Assembly: GCA_025362635.1 (NCBI GenBank)
Contig: JANYFO010000161.1
Coordinates: 1 to 57,722 of the forward strand
Origin: Gemmatimonadaceae bacterium
GTDB lineage: Bacteria > Gemmatimonadota > Gemmatimonadetes > Gemmatimonadales > Gemmatimonadaceae
DNA length: 57,722 nt
Reading direction: 5' to 3'
Shown: in pieces, positions 38,744 to 49,050 of the stretch
Numbering within the stretch: position 1 is the first letter of the stretch
Layout: each line of letters opens with the position of its first letter
Translations under genes and position numbers: made by a program
Notes under the pieces: model-generated
What the model saw: only the letters and a program-made list of their open reading frames with translations
Told to the model about the DNA's origin: nothing
Database searches by the model: none

Positions 38744-38900
38744 GACACGGATACGAACGGAGAGAACGGAGACGTCGCGGATACGGCGAACCACCAAAAC
38801 CCAGTTGCTACTGTGGTATTCGTGCGTTTCTGCATCCTTCGTAGTTATTCAGATCTTTGCTGCGCTTCAAGTCCGTTAACGTGCTCAATCCAGGTTCCGC
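38744..38900. repeat. REP-like degenerate repeat element, copy 2
   Basis: GACACGGATA then GAACGGA x2, with complementary TCCGTT/TCCG downstream. Confidence 0.4.
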
Positions 38901-38933
38901 AGGTTCATCGCAGCTTGTCCCGGAGTGTTTGTT

Positions 38934-39677
38934 ATGCACCGTCGCACGTTTTTGCGCACCACCGTCGGCGCTGCCGCAAGTTTGGCGGTCGCGTCCTCGC
39001 TTACCGAACGCGCGCGTGCAGCAACTGCGCCGTTCGCACGTCCTCGGGTCTCCGAAGACGTCTTATCGCAACACTATCCGTTCGTGCTTCCGCCACTCGG
39101 CTACGCCAATGACGCAGTTGAACCCGCCGTCGATGCGCAAACCATGAGCATTCATCACGACAAGCACCACGCGACATACGTGACGAACTTGAACAAAGCG
39201 CTTGAAACGCAGACGGCGTTGCAAGGCAAAACACTCCGTGAGTTGTTGACCGGACTGGCGACGCTGCCCGACGGCGTGCGAACAACAGTGCGCAACAACG
39301 GTGGTGGTCACGCGAACCACGCGATGTTCTGGATGTTGTTAGCACCAGGCGGTGCGAAGACGCCGAGTGGTGCGCTTGCGTCAGCGATAGTGCGGGACTT
39401 TGGTTCGGTGACCGCATGTCTGGCGGCGATGAAGACGGCCGGGTTGGGCCAGTTTGGTTCAGGATGGTCGTGGCTGATGCGTGACGGCGGCGGAAAGCTC
39501 ACTGTGCGAGGCCTACCCAATCAAGATTCGCCGCTCACCGACGGAATGCGTCCGGTGGTTGGCATCGACGTGTGGGAGCATGCGTACTATCTCAAATATC
39601 AAAATCGTCGCACTGAGTATCTCGACGCCGTCCTCGCGACGGTGAATTGGGATGCGGCTGCGATTGCGTACGCGTGA
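38934..39677 (+). CDS. sodA: Tat-exported Fe/Mn superoxide dismutase (Mn-type signature)
   Basis: RRTFL Tat signal, HHDKHH, NGGGH, FGSGW, NQD, DVWEHAYY. Confidence 0.9.
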   Translation: MHRRTFLRTTVGAAASLAVASSLTERARAATAPFARPRVSEDVLSQHYPFVLPPLGYANDAVEPAVDAQTMSIHHDKHHATYVTNLNKALETQTALQGKTLRELLTGLATLPDGVRTTVRNNGGGHANHAMFWMLLAPGGAKTPSGALASAIVRDFGSVTACLAAMKTAGLGQFGSGWSWLMRDGGGKLTVRGLPNQDSPLTDGMRPVVGIDVWEHAYYLKYQNRRTEYLDAVLATVNWDAAAIAYA

Positions 39678-40306
39678 CAGAAAACGTGGAACCACGTCGG
39701 CCGTTCACACCGGTACCAGTGACGATCACCGGACAGCACGTGCGCCTCGAACCATTAGGCGTGGAGCATCACGCCGGACTCCTGGCGGCCGGAAATTTTG
39801 CAGAACTCTGGCTGACGACGGTACAACCAGCGCTCGATTCCGCTCGCGCGGTCGCCGCGTACCTCGACGCAGCGGCGCGCTCGACCGCCGACGGCTCCGA
39901 AGTGCCGTTTGCCATTATCGAAACGCGTTCGAATACATTGGTGGGGTGTACGCGCTGGATGGACATCGCCCGCGCGCACGGTCGCTTAGAAATTGGCGGC
40001 ACGTGGATTACCCCATCGCATCAACGCACTGTGGTAAACACCGAAGCCAAGTACTTACAACTCTCGCATCTCTTCGACACACTGGGCGCGCTTCGGGTGC
40101 AGCTGAAGACCGATGCACGCAACACACAGTCGCAGCGCGCGATGGAGCGCATCGGTGCGGTGCGTGAGGGCGTATTGCGCCGACACATGATCGTGCGAGA
40201 CGGCTACGTGCGAGATTCGGTATACTACGGCATTACCGACGAGGATTGGCCGTACGTGCGACGAGTGTTGGAAATGAAAATGTTGAACGTTGTCCTGTCC
40301 CGGTAG
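39674..40306 (+). CDS. GNAT (RimJ/RimL-like) acetyltransferase
   Basis: LEIGGTW, NTEAKYL, N..SQRAMERIGA..EG.LR; GTGA overlap. Confidence 0.9.
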   Translation: MTENVEPRRPFTPVPVTITGQHVRLEPLGVEHHAGLLAAGNFAELWLTTVQPALDSARAVAAYLDAAARSTADGSEVPFAIIETRSNTLVGCTRWMDIARAHGRLEIGGTWITPSHQRTVVNTEAKYLQLSHLFDTLGALRVQLKTDARNTQSQRAMERIGAVREGVLRRHMIVRDGYVRDSVYYGITDEDWPYVRRVLEMKMLNVVLSR

Positions 40307-40339
40307 ATTGTCCAATTTCAGTTTGGACGCCAAGCGGTG

Positions 40340-40355
40340 TGGCACGACATGTGCA
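40340..40355 (+). promoter_or_regulatory. Possible sigma54 promoter TGGCACG-ACAT-GTGCA
   Basis: One mismatch to the -24/-12 consensus, about 90 nt upstream of the 40448 gene. Confidence 0.5.
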
Positions 40356-40447
40356 CCGAATTCAGACCAGCTTGTCTTTGAGCCGATGCCCATTGTCATT
40401 TGGGTATCCACCGTTGATTCACAACCTGTTCTTACCATAGAGGCGTT

Positions 40448-40666
40448 ATGCGCGGCATGTTGATCGCAGGAATCGTGATTCTGTTGGCCGGGGCCTTTGT
40501 GCTGTTTCGTGGGTTCTCGTTTACAAAGGACAAGACGGTGCTCGACATGGGTCCGCTCAAGGCGTCGGTCACTGAAGAGCGCGCGGTACCGACGTGGGTT
40601 GGCGGTGCTGGTGTCGCCATTGGCTTGGTCCTCATCGGTGTGGGCGCGACCAAATCTCGCGGCTAA
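40448..40666 (+). CDS. Small 2-TM membrane protein
   Basis: Two hydrophobic helices around KTVLDMGPLKAS; GAGG RBS. Confidence 0.7.
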   Translation: MRGMLIAGIVILLAGAFVLFRGFSFTKDKTVLDMGPLKASVTEERAVPTWVGGAGVAIGLVLIGVGATKSRG

Positions 40667-40694
40667 TCTCGGTCCACGGGTAGCGGATGCGTAA

Positions 40695-41330
40695 ATGAAA
40701 CGATTACCAGAGAAGACGAACTTGAGTCTGAGATCGCTCGTGTGGCGGTCAAGGATTTTATTTTTCACTGCGGCGCCATTCTTACTACTTGGCGTATCAC
40801 GCGCGGTGTCTGCACAGGGTGGACCATCGTTGGTCGTGTTGGTGCGGCACGCGGAGAAGGCGGCGCAACCAGCGGCAGATCCACCGCTGACCGACGCCGG
40901 TACTGCGCGCGCGCTCGCGCTGGCGGATGCGGTCGCGCACTCCGCGCCAACGGCGATTATTGTCACCGCAACGAAACGCACTGCAGACACGGCAATCCCG
41001 AGCGCGACAAAATTTGGTGTGACGCCACTTGTAATTTCACTCGCGGGCGGTGGTGCCACGCACATCACGGCTGTCGCGGAGGCCGTCCGCCAACAGCGCG
41101 GCGTTGTACTGGTGATCGGACACAGCAACACGATACCAGCCGTGATAAAGGCGTTGGGAGGACCAACGTTGCCGGACATTTGCGACAATACTTACAATCT
41201 GCTTTTTATCTTGCAGCCAGCGAGAGATGGACATCCTGCGGCGTTGATCGTAAGTCAGTATGGGGCGGAGCACACTGTACCAAGTAGCAATACACCCATG
41301 AACGCTTGCACGTCGGCTATCGCCAAGTGA
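40695..41330 (+). CDS. Exported histidine phosphatase (SixA/PGM-like)
   Basis: VRHAEK, LT..G..RA, IGHSNTIP. Confidence 0.85.
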   Translation: MKRLPEKTNLSLRSLVWRSRILFFTAAPFLLLGVSRAVSAQGGPSLVVLVRHAEKAAQPAADPPLTDAGTARALALADAVAHSAPTAIIVTATKRTADTAIPSATKFGVTPLVISLAGGGATHITAVAEAVRQQRGVVLVIGHSNTIPAVIKALGGPTLPDICDNTYNLLFILQPARDGHPAALIVSQYGAEHTVPSSNTPMNACTSAIAK

Positions 41331-43213
41331 CGACAACTCGGCCGTCGACGGAGACTACGCCATTGATGACGGCCGAGCGTTGGGTGGAGGTCGCTCGGAT
41401 CGTTGGTGTTGGTGTTGTTGTGGGACTGTATCGCTTTGACGTAGTACCGTTGCCTGTGCTGCTCGCGGGTGTGGCCGTCGGTCTGTATCCGCTTGCCAAA
41501 ATTGGCCTGCTGGATCTCATTCGCGAGCGCAAAATCGGCACGGAAGTTTTTGTGACCATCGCGACGTTGATTGCTATGCTTGGACGTGAGTACATCGCCG
41601 GCGCGGTGTTGATGGTCATCATTCTCATTGCGGAGTTTATCGCCGCGCTGAACACGGATCGTGCGCGCGCGTCTATCAAGGCACTCATCGGCAGCGTGCC
41701 ACAAACCGCGCTTGTTCGTCGCGACGGTGCCGACGTGATGTTGCCACTCGCTGACGTTCGTGTTGCCGACATCGTCATCGTTCGCGCCGGCGAAAAGATT
41801 CCCGTTGACGGCATCGTGCGGGCGGGGGAAGCGTCAGTCAACCAAGCGCCGATCACCGGCGAGAGCATTCCGCAAGAAAAAGGCGCGGGCGCGACGGTCT
41901 TTGCGGGAACGGTCGTCGAGTTAGGCGCGCTGGACATTGAAACGCAGAAGGTAGGCGGCGACACGATGTTCGCGCGCATCGTTGCGCTTGTCGAGACGGC
42001 GGAAGATTCCCAAGCGCCAGTGCAAAAACTTGCCGATCGTGTCGCTGCGTGGCTCATTCCTGTCGTCTTGGTATTCTTGTTGGGCGTTTGGTATTTCACG
42101 CGTGATCTTCGTATGGTGATCACGCTTTTGATTTTTACGTCGCCGGCCGAACTTGGACTCGCAACACCGTTGGTGATGATTGCGGCGATTGCGCGCGCTG
42201 CTCGCGCGGGTATTCTGGTGAAAGGCGGCATTTATCTCGAGCAACTGGCGAAAGTCCGCATACTCGCCTTCGACAAGACCGGCACGCTCACGATGGGCAG
42301 ACCGGCCGTTGTGCGCATTGAACGTTTCGGCGATACCAGCGAGAATGAGCTGCTGCGTTTTGCGGCGGCGGCGGAGCGACGGTCGAGTCATCCGCTGGCA
42401 AAAGCGGTGGTGGAGCGAGCGACAGCGGCCAATGTTGACGTGCCTGAGCCATCCACGTTTGAAGTCATTCGTGGTCGCGGCATACGTGCCGTCGTGGACG
42501 GTCACGTTATTCTGGCTGGTAACGCCGCGTATCTCACGGAGAGTGGAATTGCGCTTGCGTCGCGAGACGGCACAGATGATTTGACGGTGGTGTATATCGC
42601 CGCCGATCAGCGCGCGATTGGTGTGCTGCACTTGGCCGACCCCGTGCGCCCTGATGCGAAAGCGGCACTCGCGCGACTCAAGGCGAGTGGCATTCATCGC
42701 ATCGTCATGCTGACGGGCGACAATGCAGCGACGGCGCGACGCGTTGGTGCAGAGTTAGGTGTCGACGAGATTATGGCGGACCTCCTTCCTGATGCGAAGG
42801 TCGACGCCATCAAGCGATTGCAAGCAGGAGGACACCTAGTGGCGATGATTGGCGACGGCATCAACGATGCGCCGGCGTTGGCGCAGGCGGACGTTGGTAT
42901 CGCGATGGGAGTGGCCGGTACACAGGCAGCGATCGAAGCTGCGGATGTTGCGCTGATGACGGATGATATCAGCAAAATTGCGGATGCTCGCGAAATTGCG
43001 CGACGCGCCTATCGCACCATTCAACAAAATCTGTACGTGGGTGTTGGCGTTGTGCACGTGCTTGGGATTGTTGCTGCGTTGCTCCGATTTATCGGCCCAG
43101 TACAGGCAGCGATGATTCATCTCGGGCCCGACGTCTTGGTTTTTCTAAACTCGGTACGACTCATTCGGATGCGCTTGAAGAGCGAAGGCGCGAGCGGGGT
43201 GAGTATGCCGTGA
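41327..43213 (+). CDS. P1B heavy-metal ATPase with atypical SPAE transmembrane motif
   Basis: TGES, FTSPAELGLATP, DKTGT, SHP, GDGIND; no N-terminal metal-binding domain. Confidence 0.9.
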   Translation: MTTTRPSTETTPLMTAERWVEVARIVGVGVVVGLYRFDVVPLPVLLAGVAVGLYPLAKIGLLDLIRERKIGTEVFVTIATLIAMLGREYIAGAVLMVIILIAEFIAALNTDRARASIKALIGSVPQTALVRRDGADVMLPLADVRVADIVIVRAGEKIPVDGIVRAGEASVNQAPITGESIPQEKGAGATVFAGTVVELGALDIETQKVGGDTMFARIVALVETAEDSQAPVQKLADRVAAWLIPVVLVFLLGVWYFTRDLRMVITLLIFTSPAELGLATPLVMIAAIARAARAGILVKGGIYLEQLAKVRILAFDKTGTLTMGRPAVVRIERFGDTSENELLRFAAAAERRSSHPLAKAVVERATAANVDVPEPSTFEVIRGRGIRAVVDGHVILAGNAAYLTESGIALASRDGTDDLTVVYIAADQRAIGVLHLADPVRPDAKAALARLKASGIHRIVMLTGDNAATARRVGAELGVDEIMADLLPDAKVDAIKRLQAGGHLVAMIGDGINDAPALAQADVGIAMGVAGTQAAIEAADVALMTDDISKIADAREIARRAYRTIQQNLYVGVGVVHVLGIVAALLRFIGPVQAAMIHLGPDVLVFLNSVRLIRMRLKSEGASGVSMP

Positions 43214-43974
43214 GCGAACCAAAGTTTTCTGATCACTTTTCTGCAGTAGCGACGGGATACTCGACATTTCGACCGTCGTATCCGTCGGCCTTATTTGCTG
43301 CGCTGGCGGACGCCGCGCCGTCGCGCGCACTCGCGTGGGATTGCGGCTGTGGCACCGGCCAAGCCAGTGTTGCGCTGGGTTCATATTTCGAGCAGGTCGT
43401 CGCAACCGACGCAAGCGCTGCGCAGATTGCGCACGCGACACCGGATGCCCGTGTGACCTACGGTGTTGCGCCGGCCGAGCAGAGTGATCTCGCGAATGCG
43501 AGCGTGGCGCTTATTACGGTGGCGCAAGCGCTGCACTGGTTTGACGTGGATGCATTTCACGTGGAAGCGTCGCGTGTGCTTATGCCGAATGGTGTTATCG
43601 CCGAATGGAGTTATGCGTTACTCGAATTTCCGTTGGTGCCGGTGCTGACGCAGTTGATGAACGACTTCGATCGCACGATGGGCGAGTGGTGGCCCAAAGA
43701 GCGCGCGTTTGTTGATCGGCACTATCGTGATCTTGCCTTTCCGTTTGCGGTAATTGATATCGGCACGTTCGCGATGAACGCAGCGTGGTCGGTCGAACAA
43801 CTGCTTGGGTATGTTGAGACGTGGTCGGCCGTGTCGCGCTGTCGTGCATCGACGGGGCACGATCCGTTGGTCGCATTGACGGCGGCGCTGCGCGAGACGT
43901 GGGGAGAGCAAACAACGCAGCAGCTGGTGTGGCCGCTGACATTGCGTGTGGGGCGCCTGATAACGACTGTGTAA
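43210..43974 (+). CDS. Class I SAM-dependent methyltransferase
   Basis: RPSYP, WDCGCGTGQ, AQALHWF. Confidence 0.9.
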   Translation: MSEPKFSDHFSAVATGYSTFRPSYPSALFAALADAAPSRALAWDCGCGTGQASVALGSYFEQVVATDASAAQIAHATPDARVTYGVAPAEQSDLANASVALITVAQALHWFDVDAFHVEASRVLMPNGVIAEWSYALLEFPLVPVLTQLMNDFDRTMGEWWPKERAFVDRHYRDLAFPFAVIDIGTFAMNAAWSVEQLLGYVETWSAVSRCRASTGHDPLVALTAALRETWGEQTTQQLVWPLTLRVGRLITTV

Positions 43975-44201
43975 CGCCTTGGTATACGCGGTTCATAGAG
44001 CGATGGAGATACGCTGATGCCGAGTTGCAACCCACAGCGGAGCGCGTGAAAGCGTCACTGGCGAATCCGGGCACATCCTGACGCGTGGTGTCTCACGTTT
44101 CAAATCCTTGCGCGTTGCCAAGGATGGTCGTATGATTTCAAATCACCCGAACAAAAGCCAAAGCTGTTGCTGCACTAACTTTCCCCACCCTCGAGACCTC
44201 G

Positions 44202-44684
44202 ATGTCCACCACAGAAGCGCCCACACTTGTCATTTCGCCGTCGCAGTTCCTCGCGCACTGGCAGGCCCACCGTCGGTTAACGCGTCGCGCGATCGTCGCC
44301 TTTCCTGACGATCAGCTCTTCACCTTTTCGGTGAGTGGGATGCGCACGTTTGGCGCACTCGCGAATGAAATGTTAGGCATGGCCGTGTCCACCGTGAACG
44401 GTGTGATCACCAACAAATGGGATAGCTATGTGCCGTCGGCTGCTACAACCAAGGACGAGGTCCTCACGCAATGGGATGAAAGTACGCGACAACTCGACAT
44501 ACTCTTTCCGCAAATTCCCGCCGCTCGTTTTCAGGAAACGATGACCGCGTTTGGTCAGTGGACGATGCCGGGCTACGACCTACTGCTCTATATCGTGGAT
44601 AACGAAATCCATCATCGTGGGCAGGGATATGTGTATTTGCGTGCGCTCGGCATCGAGCCGCCGCCGTTCTACGACCGGAGCTGA
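44202..44684 (+). CDS. DinB/YfiT-family protein
   Basis: NEIHHRGQGYVYLRALG.EPP. Confidence 0.9.
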   Translation: MSTTEAPTLVISPSQFLAHWQAHRRLTRRAIVAFPDDQLFTFSVSGMRTFGALANEMLGMAVSTVNGVITNKWDSYVPSAATTKDEVLTQWDESTRQLDILFPQIPAARFQETMTAFGQWTMPGYDLLLYIVDNEIHHRGQGYVYLRALGIEPPPFYDRS

Positions 44685-44796
44685 CACGGTCGCTAGAACG
44701 GGTAGTTCGCCTTCGAATTGACAGAGGCGTCTAACGCAGCATTCGCGTGTTCTCAAATCCAGTAACGGCAGCTGGCGTCATGCGCTTGGAAACACA

Positions 44797-47700
44797 CTAC
44801 CGCATCCCCGCCCCCGCCACCGGCACCGCGTACGACCACGGCTGTTTCGGTAACGCACGTTTTCGCGGATACACTTCATCCAACGTATTCGCGTCGTACA
44901 AACGGCCGTTCACCATCACCATGCTCACCGTGTTGGTGTTGCGAATGTTGTCGAGCGGGTTTTTGTCGAGCACAATGATGTCCGCAAACTTACCCGCTTC
45001 GAGCGACCCAACTTCGGTGCCAAGTCCGATGGCTTCGGCGCCAACGATGGTGGCGGAACGCAACACGTCGTGCTGTGAGAGCCCGCCGGATTGCAGCAAC
45101 CACATCTCCCAGTGCATGCCGAGTCCTTGCAACTGGCCGTGACTGCCGACGCCGATTTTCCCGCCGGCTTCGACAGTGTTTTTTACGTCGATCGCGTGTT
45201 GCCACATCGCATACTCTTCCTTCACGGCGAAACCGGCCGGGCCAGGTGCGTTGCCAGCGCCGCGCCGCCGAATTTTGGTGTCGAAGTCAACGGGGTGTGT
45301 GAAGTGACGCAGTTTTGCATCGTCCATGAGATTTTCTGATTGGTAGAACCAGCCTTCACCAAAAGGTCCACCATACTCCACGATGAGCGTGGGTGAATTT
45401 GTCACCCCTGTTTCTTTGTACCACTGAAACACATCGTTGTACTTCGGTGTGATCGGCAACGTGTGCTCGATGCCCGGATATCCATCGATGCCGTGCGTGA
45501 GATTGAGTTTCATATCCAAGCCACCTTCCGTGGTTGGCATGATGCTCAGCTCCTTCGCCGCCATGATGATCCACTGCCGCTGCTGACGATTGCCACTCAT
45601 GTACATCTTGAGTGTTTTCGTGTCGTAGTAGGTTGCGTAGCGTTGTAAGATTTCACGCGCATGCGCTAAGTCCCGCACGGGCTCCGACGAGAAGACGCCT
45701 GGGCCCGTCGTGTAAATGCGCGGACCAATCATGTCACCCATTTCGACATGATCGGTATACGAGAGAAAGTCGGTGGTCGACGTTTGCGGGTCACGCGTGG
45801 TTGTGGTGCCATACGCGAGCGTCGCGAGATACTGCCACGTTTGTGTGTTGTGGATCTGTGGCGTGAGCCACTGTGGGTGATAGTGTGTGTCGACAAAGCC
45901 CGGCATAATGGTCTTGCCGGTGATGTCAAAAATTTGAGCACCTTCAGGAATGGTTACGGTGCCGCGCGCCCCAACAGCGACGATGCGACTATCGCGCACC
46001 ACGACGTCGGCGTTCTCAATAATTTCCTTGCCCTTCATCGTCAGTGCACGTCCACCACGAAACACCGCGACGCCCTTTGGCAAATCGCGTGCGGCGTTCA
46101 ACGCAATACGCACTTCAGCGGGTGTATATCCAGGCGTCTTCTTAGTGGTGTCCGCTTTGGCAATTGAATCCGAGCGCGTGATGCTGTCCTTTACCGACTT
46201 CGTGGTGTCGGCGCGTAGCAACGCTTTGGCTTTGCCATCGACCTTCAACGAATCGTCGACGAGCTTCGCTTTGTTGAGATCGTACGTCCACATCGCGTTC
46301 CCCAATGCCCACATAATTTTGCGACCGTCATTCGTCCACGTGGGAAATTCACCGCCGATGGTGTTGAGCTTCTTCACGGGCACGGACGCTGCAGCAGGTG
46401 CGGCGACGTTTACCGTTGGTGCCGTGCTCCCAATTTGCGCGACGGTAATGGTGTATAAATCCATGCCCACCATTGCCAGCGCTTGATCACCCTTCGGTGC
46501 CATCAGCACGAGTCCTGCGGGTGGAGCTTGCGGCGCGGGCTCAAGATTGTGGCCCAAGTGCGTACCAAATCCGAGTCCGCCGAAGCTATTGCCACTCCCA
46601 ATGTCCGCACCAACCGGACGCGCGCCGCGACCACCGATGTATTGCAGTGCACCACGCGCAATGAGCGCCGCATCGAGACCAATCGGCGCATCGCTGTCGC
46701 CGTCTGATCCATTCGCGCCCGGCGGTAAAGGACCGGTGACGCGCAGATGTGTTTTCAAATCGGTCCCATCCCAACGAAATGACTGCAACCCCGCGCCGCC
46801 GTACGCGAAAATGCGCGTTGTGTCCTGCGTGAAGTGGGGCGAGCCCATGCCACCGGTTGGCATGATCGCGGTGACGTTACCACCGTTCGCATTTACCCAC
46901 ACAAACTCTGCAGCCGCGGGACCGAAGAACGCCGCGCCTGCCTCTTGCATTTCGCGGGCGGCTGCACGTAACGCCACAATGCGATTGGTGGCCGACCATG
47001 CAAGATCGGTATACAGTCCGCCGCTCGCGAGCGAACGTGTGCTCCAATTGCCCTTCGCATCTTGCGTCGCGCGCACGATGCCACCACCGCGCGCATCGTG
47101 CCACGTCACATAGGCGAGCGACTTTCCATCAGGCGACCAGACTGGATTAAACTCGCCGATGTCCGTCGTGGACACGCGCGTCGGCGTGCCATTCGGCAGG
47201 GTCATCACGTGAATGCGACCGAGCGACGAGAACGCTACGAGTTTACCGTCTGGCGACGGAGCAATGTCGCGAATCTGTCGTGCCTTGAACGTGGACGCCG
47301 TATCAACCTTGTATGCGAACTTCACTTCGGGACCCATCTCCAACTTTACTTCCGCTTCGAAGGGAATTTTTACAGGAGCTGTTTTGTCGACCGGCACGCG
47401 CCAAATCTCACCGCCATACGTCACCACAATGGCTTTCGAATCGGGCGTAAACGAATAGCCCGGATACGCATCCATTGACGCGCGCGATTCCATGTCGTCG
47501 CGCTGTACGGGGAACGCAAGCCAGTCTTCTTGTTGTGTGTTGAGATCGCGAATACGCAAACCAGTTTTCGTCTCGAAGCGCGTGCCGTACACGAGATACT
47601 TTCCGTCCGGTGACAACGCCGGACGAAATCCCGATCCGAAGCGCGTGGACATCTGCGACGCACGACCCGATTCCTTATCCCACACATAGAGCTGATACTG

Positions 47701-48351
47701 CGCGCCGATGCTGTTGTACTGCCAATCGCCGTTGCGCGCGGCAAACCACAAAAAGCGTGGATCTTTGCCAAACGCCGCACCAACCATTTTGAGTGACGCG
47801 GGCACTGCGGGTGTGGTGGTGAGTGGCAATCCGTTACCACCGTCCACGTGGTATTGCCATAATTTCGCCGTCCCACCTAAACCGCCGGAGCGTGAGGCCA
47901 CCACATACTGTCCGTCGGGCGTCCATTCGGGCGACACATACATGTTGTTGTTGCCCTTCGTGAGCTGCGTGGTGTCCTTCTTGTCGACGGACATGATCCA
48001 CACGTTTTCGCCGCCTGAGCGATCCGAAATGAACGCGATTTTCCGACCGTCCGGTGAAAACCTTGGCTGCGCGTCGTACGCCATGCCGCTGGTGAGGCGC
48101 GCGGCCTTTCCGCCGGTGATGGGCATCGTATAGAGGTCACCCAAGAGGTCGAACACGATGGTTTGGCCATCGGGCGAGACGTCGAGTGACATCCACGTGC
48201 CTTTTGTCGTGGTAAACGTCGCGGTCCTCGCGGTTTTGAGCGGCAAGGTCACGGCTGGCGTCGCGGCCGGTGTTTGTGCGGTCGCCACGTTTGGCCACAG
48301 GGCGCCGACGCACGCCGAGATAACCGTGAAGACGGACAGTAAAGATTTCAT
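44797..48351 (-). CDS. Exported PD40 beta-propeller / amidohydrolase fusion
   Basis: Signal peptide, repeated SPDG, PGFVDTHYH, GSLEAGKFAD. Confidence 0.9.
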   Translation of the reverse strand: MKSLLSVFTVISACVGALWPNVATAQTPAATPAVTLPLKTARTATFTTTKGTWMSLDVSPDGQTIVFDLLGDLYTMPITGGKAARLTSGMAYDAQPRFSPDGRKIAFISDRSGGENVWIMSVDKKDTTQLTKGNNNMYVSPEWTPDGQYVVASRSGGLGGTAKLWQYHVDGGNGLPLTTTPAVPASLKMVGAAFGKDPRFLWFAARNGDWQYNSIGAQYQLYVWDKESGRASQMSTRFGSGFRPALSPDGKYLVYGTRFETKTGLRIRDLNTQQEDWLAFPVQRDDMESRASMDAYPGYSFTPDSKAIVVTYGGEIWRVPVDKTAPVKIPFEAEVKLEMGPEVKFAYKVDTASTFKARQIRDIAPSPDGKLVAFSSLGRIHVMTLPNGTPTRVSTTDIGEFNPVWSPDGKSLAYVTWHDARGGGIVRATQDAKGNWSTRSLASGGLYTDLAWSATNRIVALRAAAREMQEAGAAFFGPAAAEFVWVNANGGNVTAIMPTGGMGSPHFTQDTTRIFAYGGAGLQSFRWDGTDLKTHLRVTGPLPPGANGSDGDSDAPIGLDAALIARGALQYIGGRGARPVGADIGSGNSFGGLGFGTHLGHNLEPAPQAPPAGLVLMAPKGDQALAMVGMDLYTITVAQIGSTAPTVNVAAPAAASVPVKKLNTIGGEFPTWTNDGRKIMWALGNAMWTYDLNKAKLVDDSLKVDGKAKALLRADTTKSVKDSITRSDSIAKADTTKKTPGYTPAEVRIALNAARDLPKGVAVFRGGRALTMKGKEIIENADVVVRDSRIVAVGARGTVTIPEGAQIFDITGKTIMPGFVDTHYHPQWLTPQIHNTQTWQYLATLAYGTTTTRDPQTSTTDFLSYTDHVEMGDMIGPRIYTTGPGVFSSEPVRDLAHAREILQRYATYYDTKTLKMYMSGNRQQRQWIIMAAKELSIMPTTEGGLDMKLNLTHGIDGYPGIEHTLPITPKYNDVFQWYKETGVTNSPTLIVEYGGPFGEGWFYQSENLMDDAKLRHFTHPVDFDTKIRRRGAGNAPGPAGFAVKEEYAMWQHAIDVKNTVEAGGKIGVGSHGQLQGLGMHWEMWLLQSGGLSQHDVLRSATIVGAEAIGLGTEVGSLEAGKFADIIVLDKNPLDNIRNTNTVSMVMVNGRLYDANTLDEVYPRKRALPKQPWSYAVPVAGAGMR

Positions 48352-48480
48352 TCGAGAGCCAGCTGGATGTGAGCGGTGAGGCGCGAGAGAATAATGATGT
48401 TTTCACGCGCGAACACAATGCAGAAAAGCTCGGCGCACAAAATATCGTCAAGCGCCAAGTCGGCTGGTACATTCGTTGGC

Positions 48481-49047
48481 ATGACTGCGATCGAGCTCAC
48501 CACGGCAATTCCCATCGGCATTGTCACCATTTCGGATCGCGCGAGCGCTGGCGTGTACGAGGATCGATCCGGGCGCGCGATTGAAGAGGTCTTGGGCCGG
48601 TGGATCGCCTCGACTTGGCGTTCCGAGTACCGTTTAGTGCCGGACGAGCAACCGCACATTGAAGCTGCGTTGCGTGCGTTGGCGGATGACATACGCTGCC
48701 CGTTGATTGTGACGACCGGCGGTACAGGACCGGCGCCGCGCGACGTGACGCCCGAGGCGACACGCGCTGTGATTGAACGCGAGCTGCCTGGATTTGGCGA
48801 GCAAATGCGCGCGGTCTCGCAACGGTCGGTACCGACGGCGATTTTGTCGCGTCAGCTAGCCGGCACGCGCGGCACGTCGCTGATTATCAACTTGCCAGGC
48901 AAACCGGCGGCGATTGAAGAGTGCCTCGCCGCGGTGTTCGCCGCGATTCCATATTGCATTGCGTTGATCGGCGGACCGCGCCTCGTTACTACCGCGGCGG
49001 CGCCAACCGGTAGTTCGCCTGCCCCCGTTCGTCCCCTTGGAGTCTGA
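48481..49047 (+). CDS. mog: Molybdopterin adenylyltransferase
   Basis: ISDRAS.GVYEDRSG, TTGGTGPAPRDVTPEAT, NLPGKP. Confidence 0.93.
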   Translation: MTAIELTTAIPIGIVTISDRASAGVYEDRSGRAIEEVLGRWIASTWRSEYRLVPDEQPHIEAALRALADDIRCPLIVTTGGTGPAPRDVTPEATRAVIERELPGFGEQMRAVSQRSVPTAILSRQLAGTRGTSLIINLPGKPAAIEECLAAVFAAIPYCIALIGGPRLVTTAAAPTGSSPAPVRPLGV

Positions 49048-49050
49048 CCG

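Noticed and set aside
44132-44146. FNR/FixK box
   Set aside because: TGAT-N5-ATCA has the wrong spacing (needs N4) and lacks the outer T/A.
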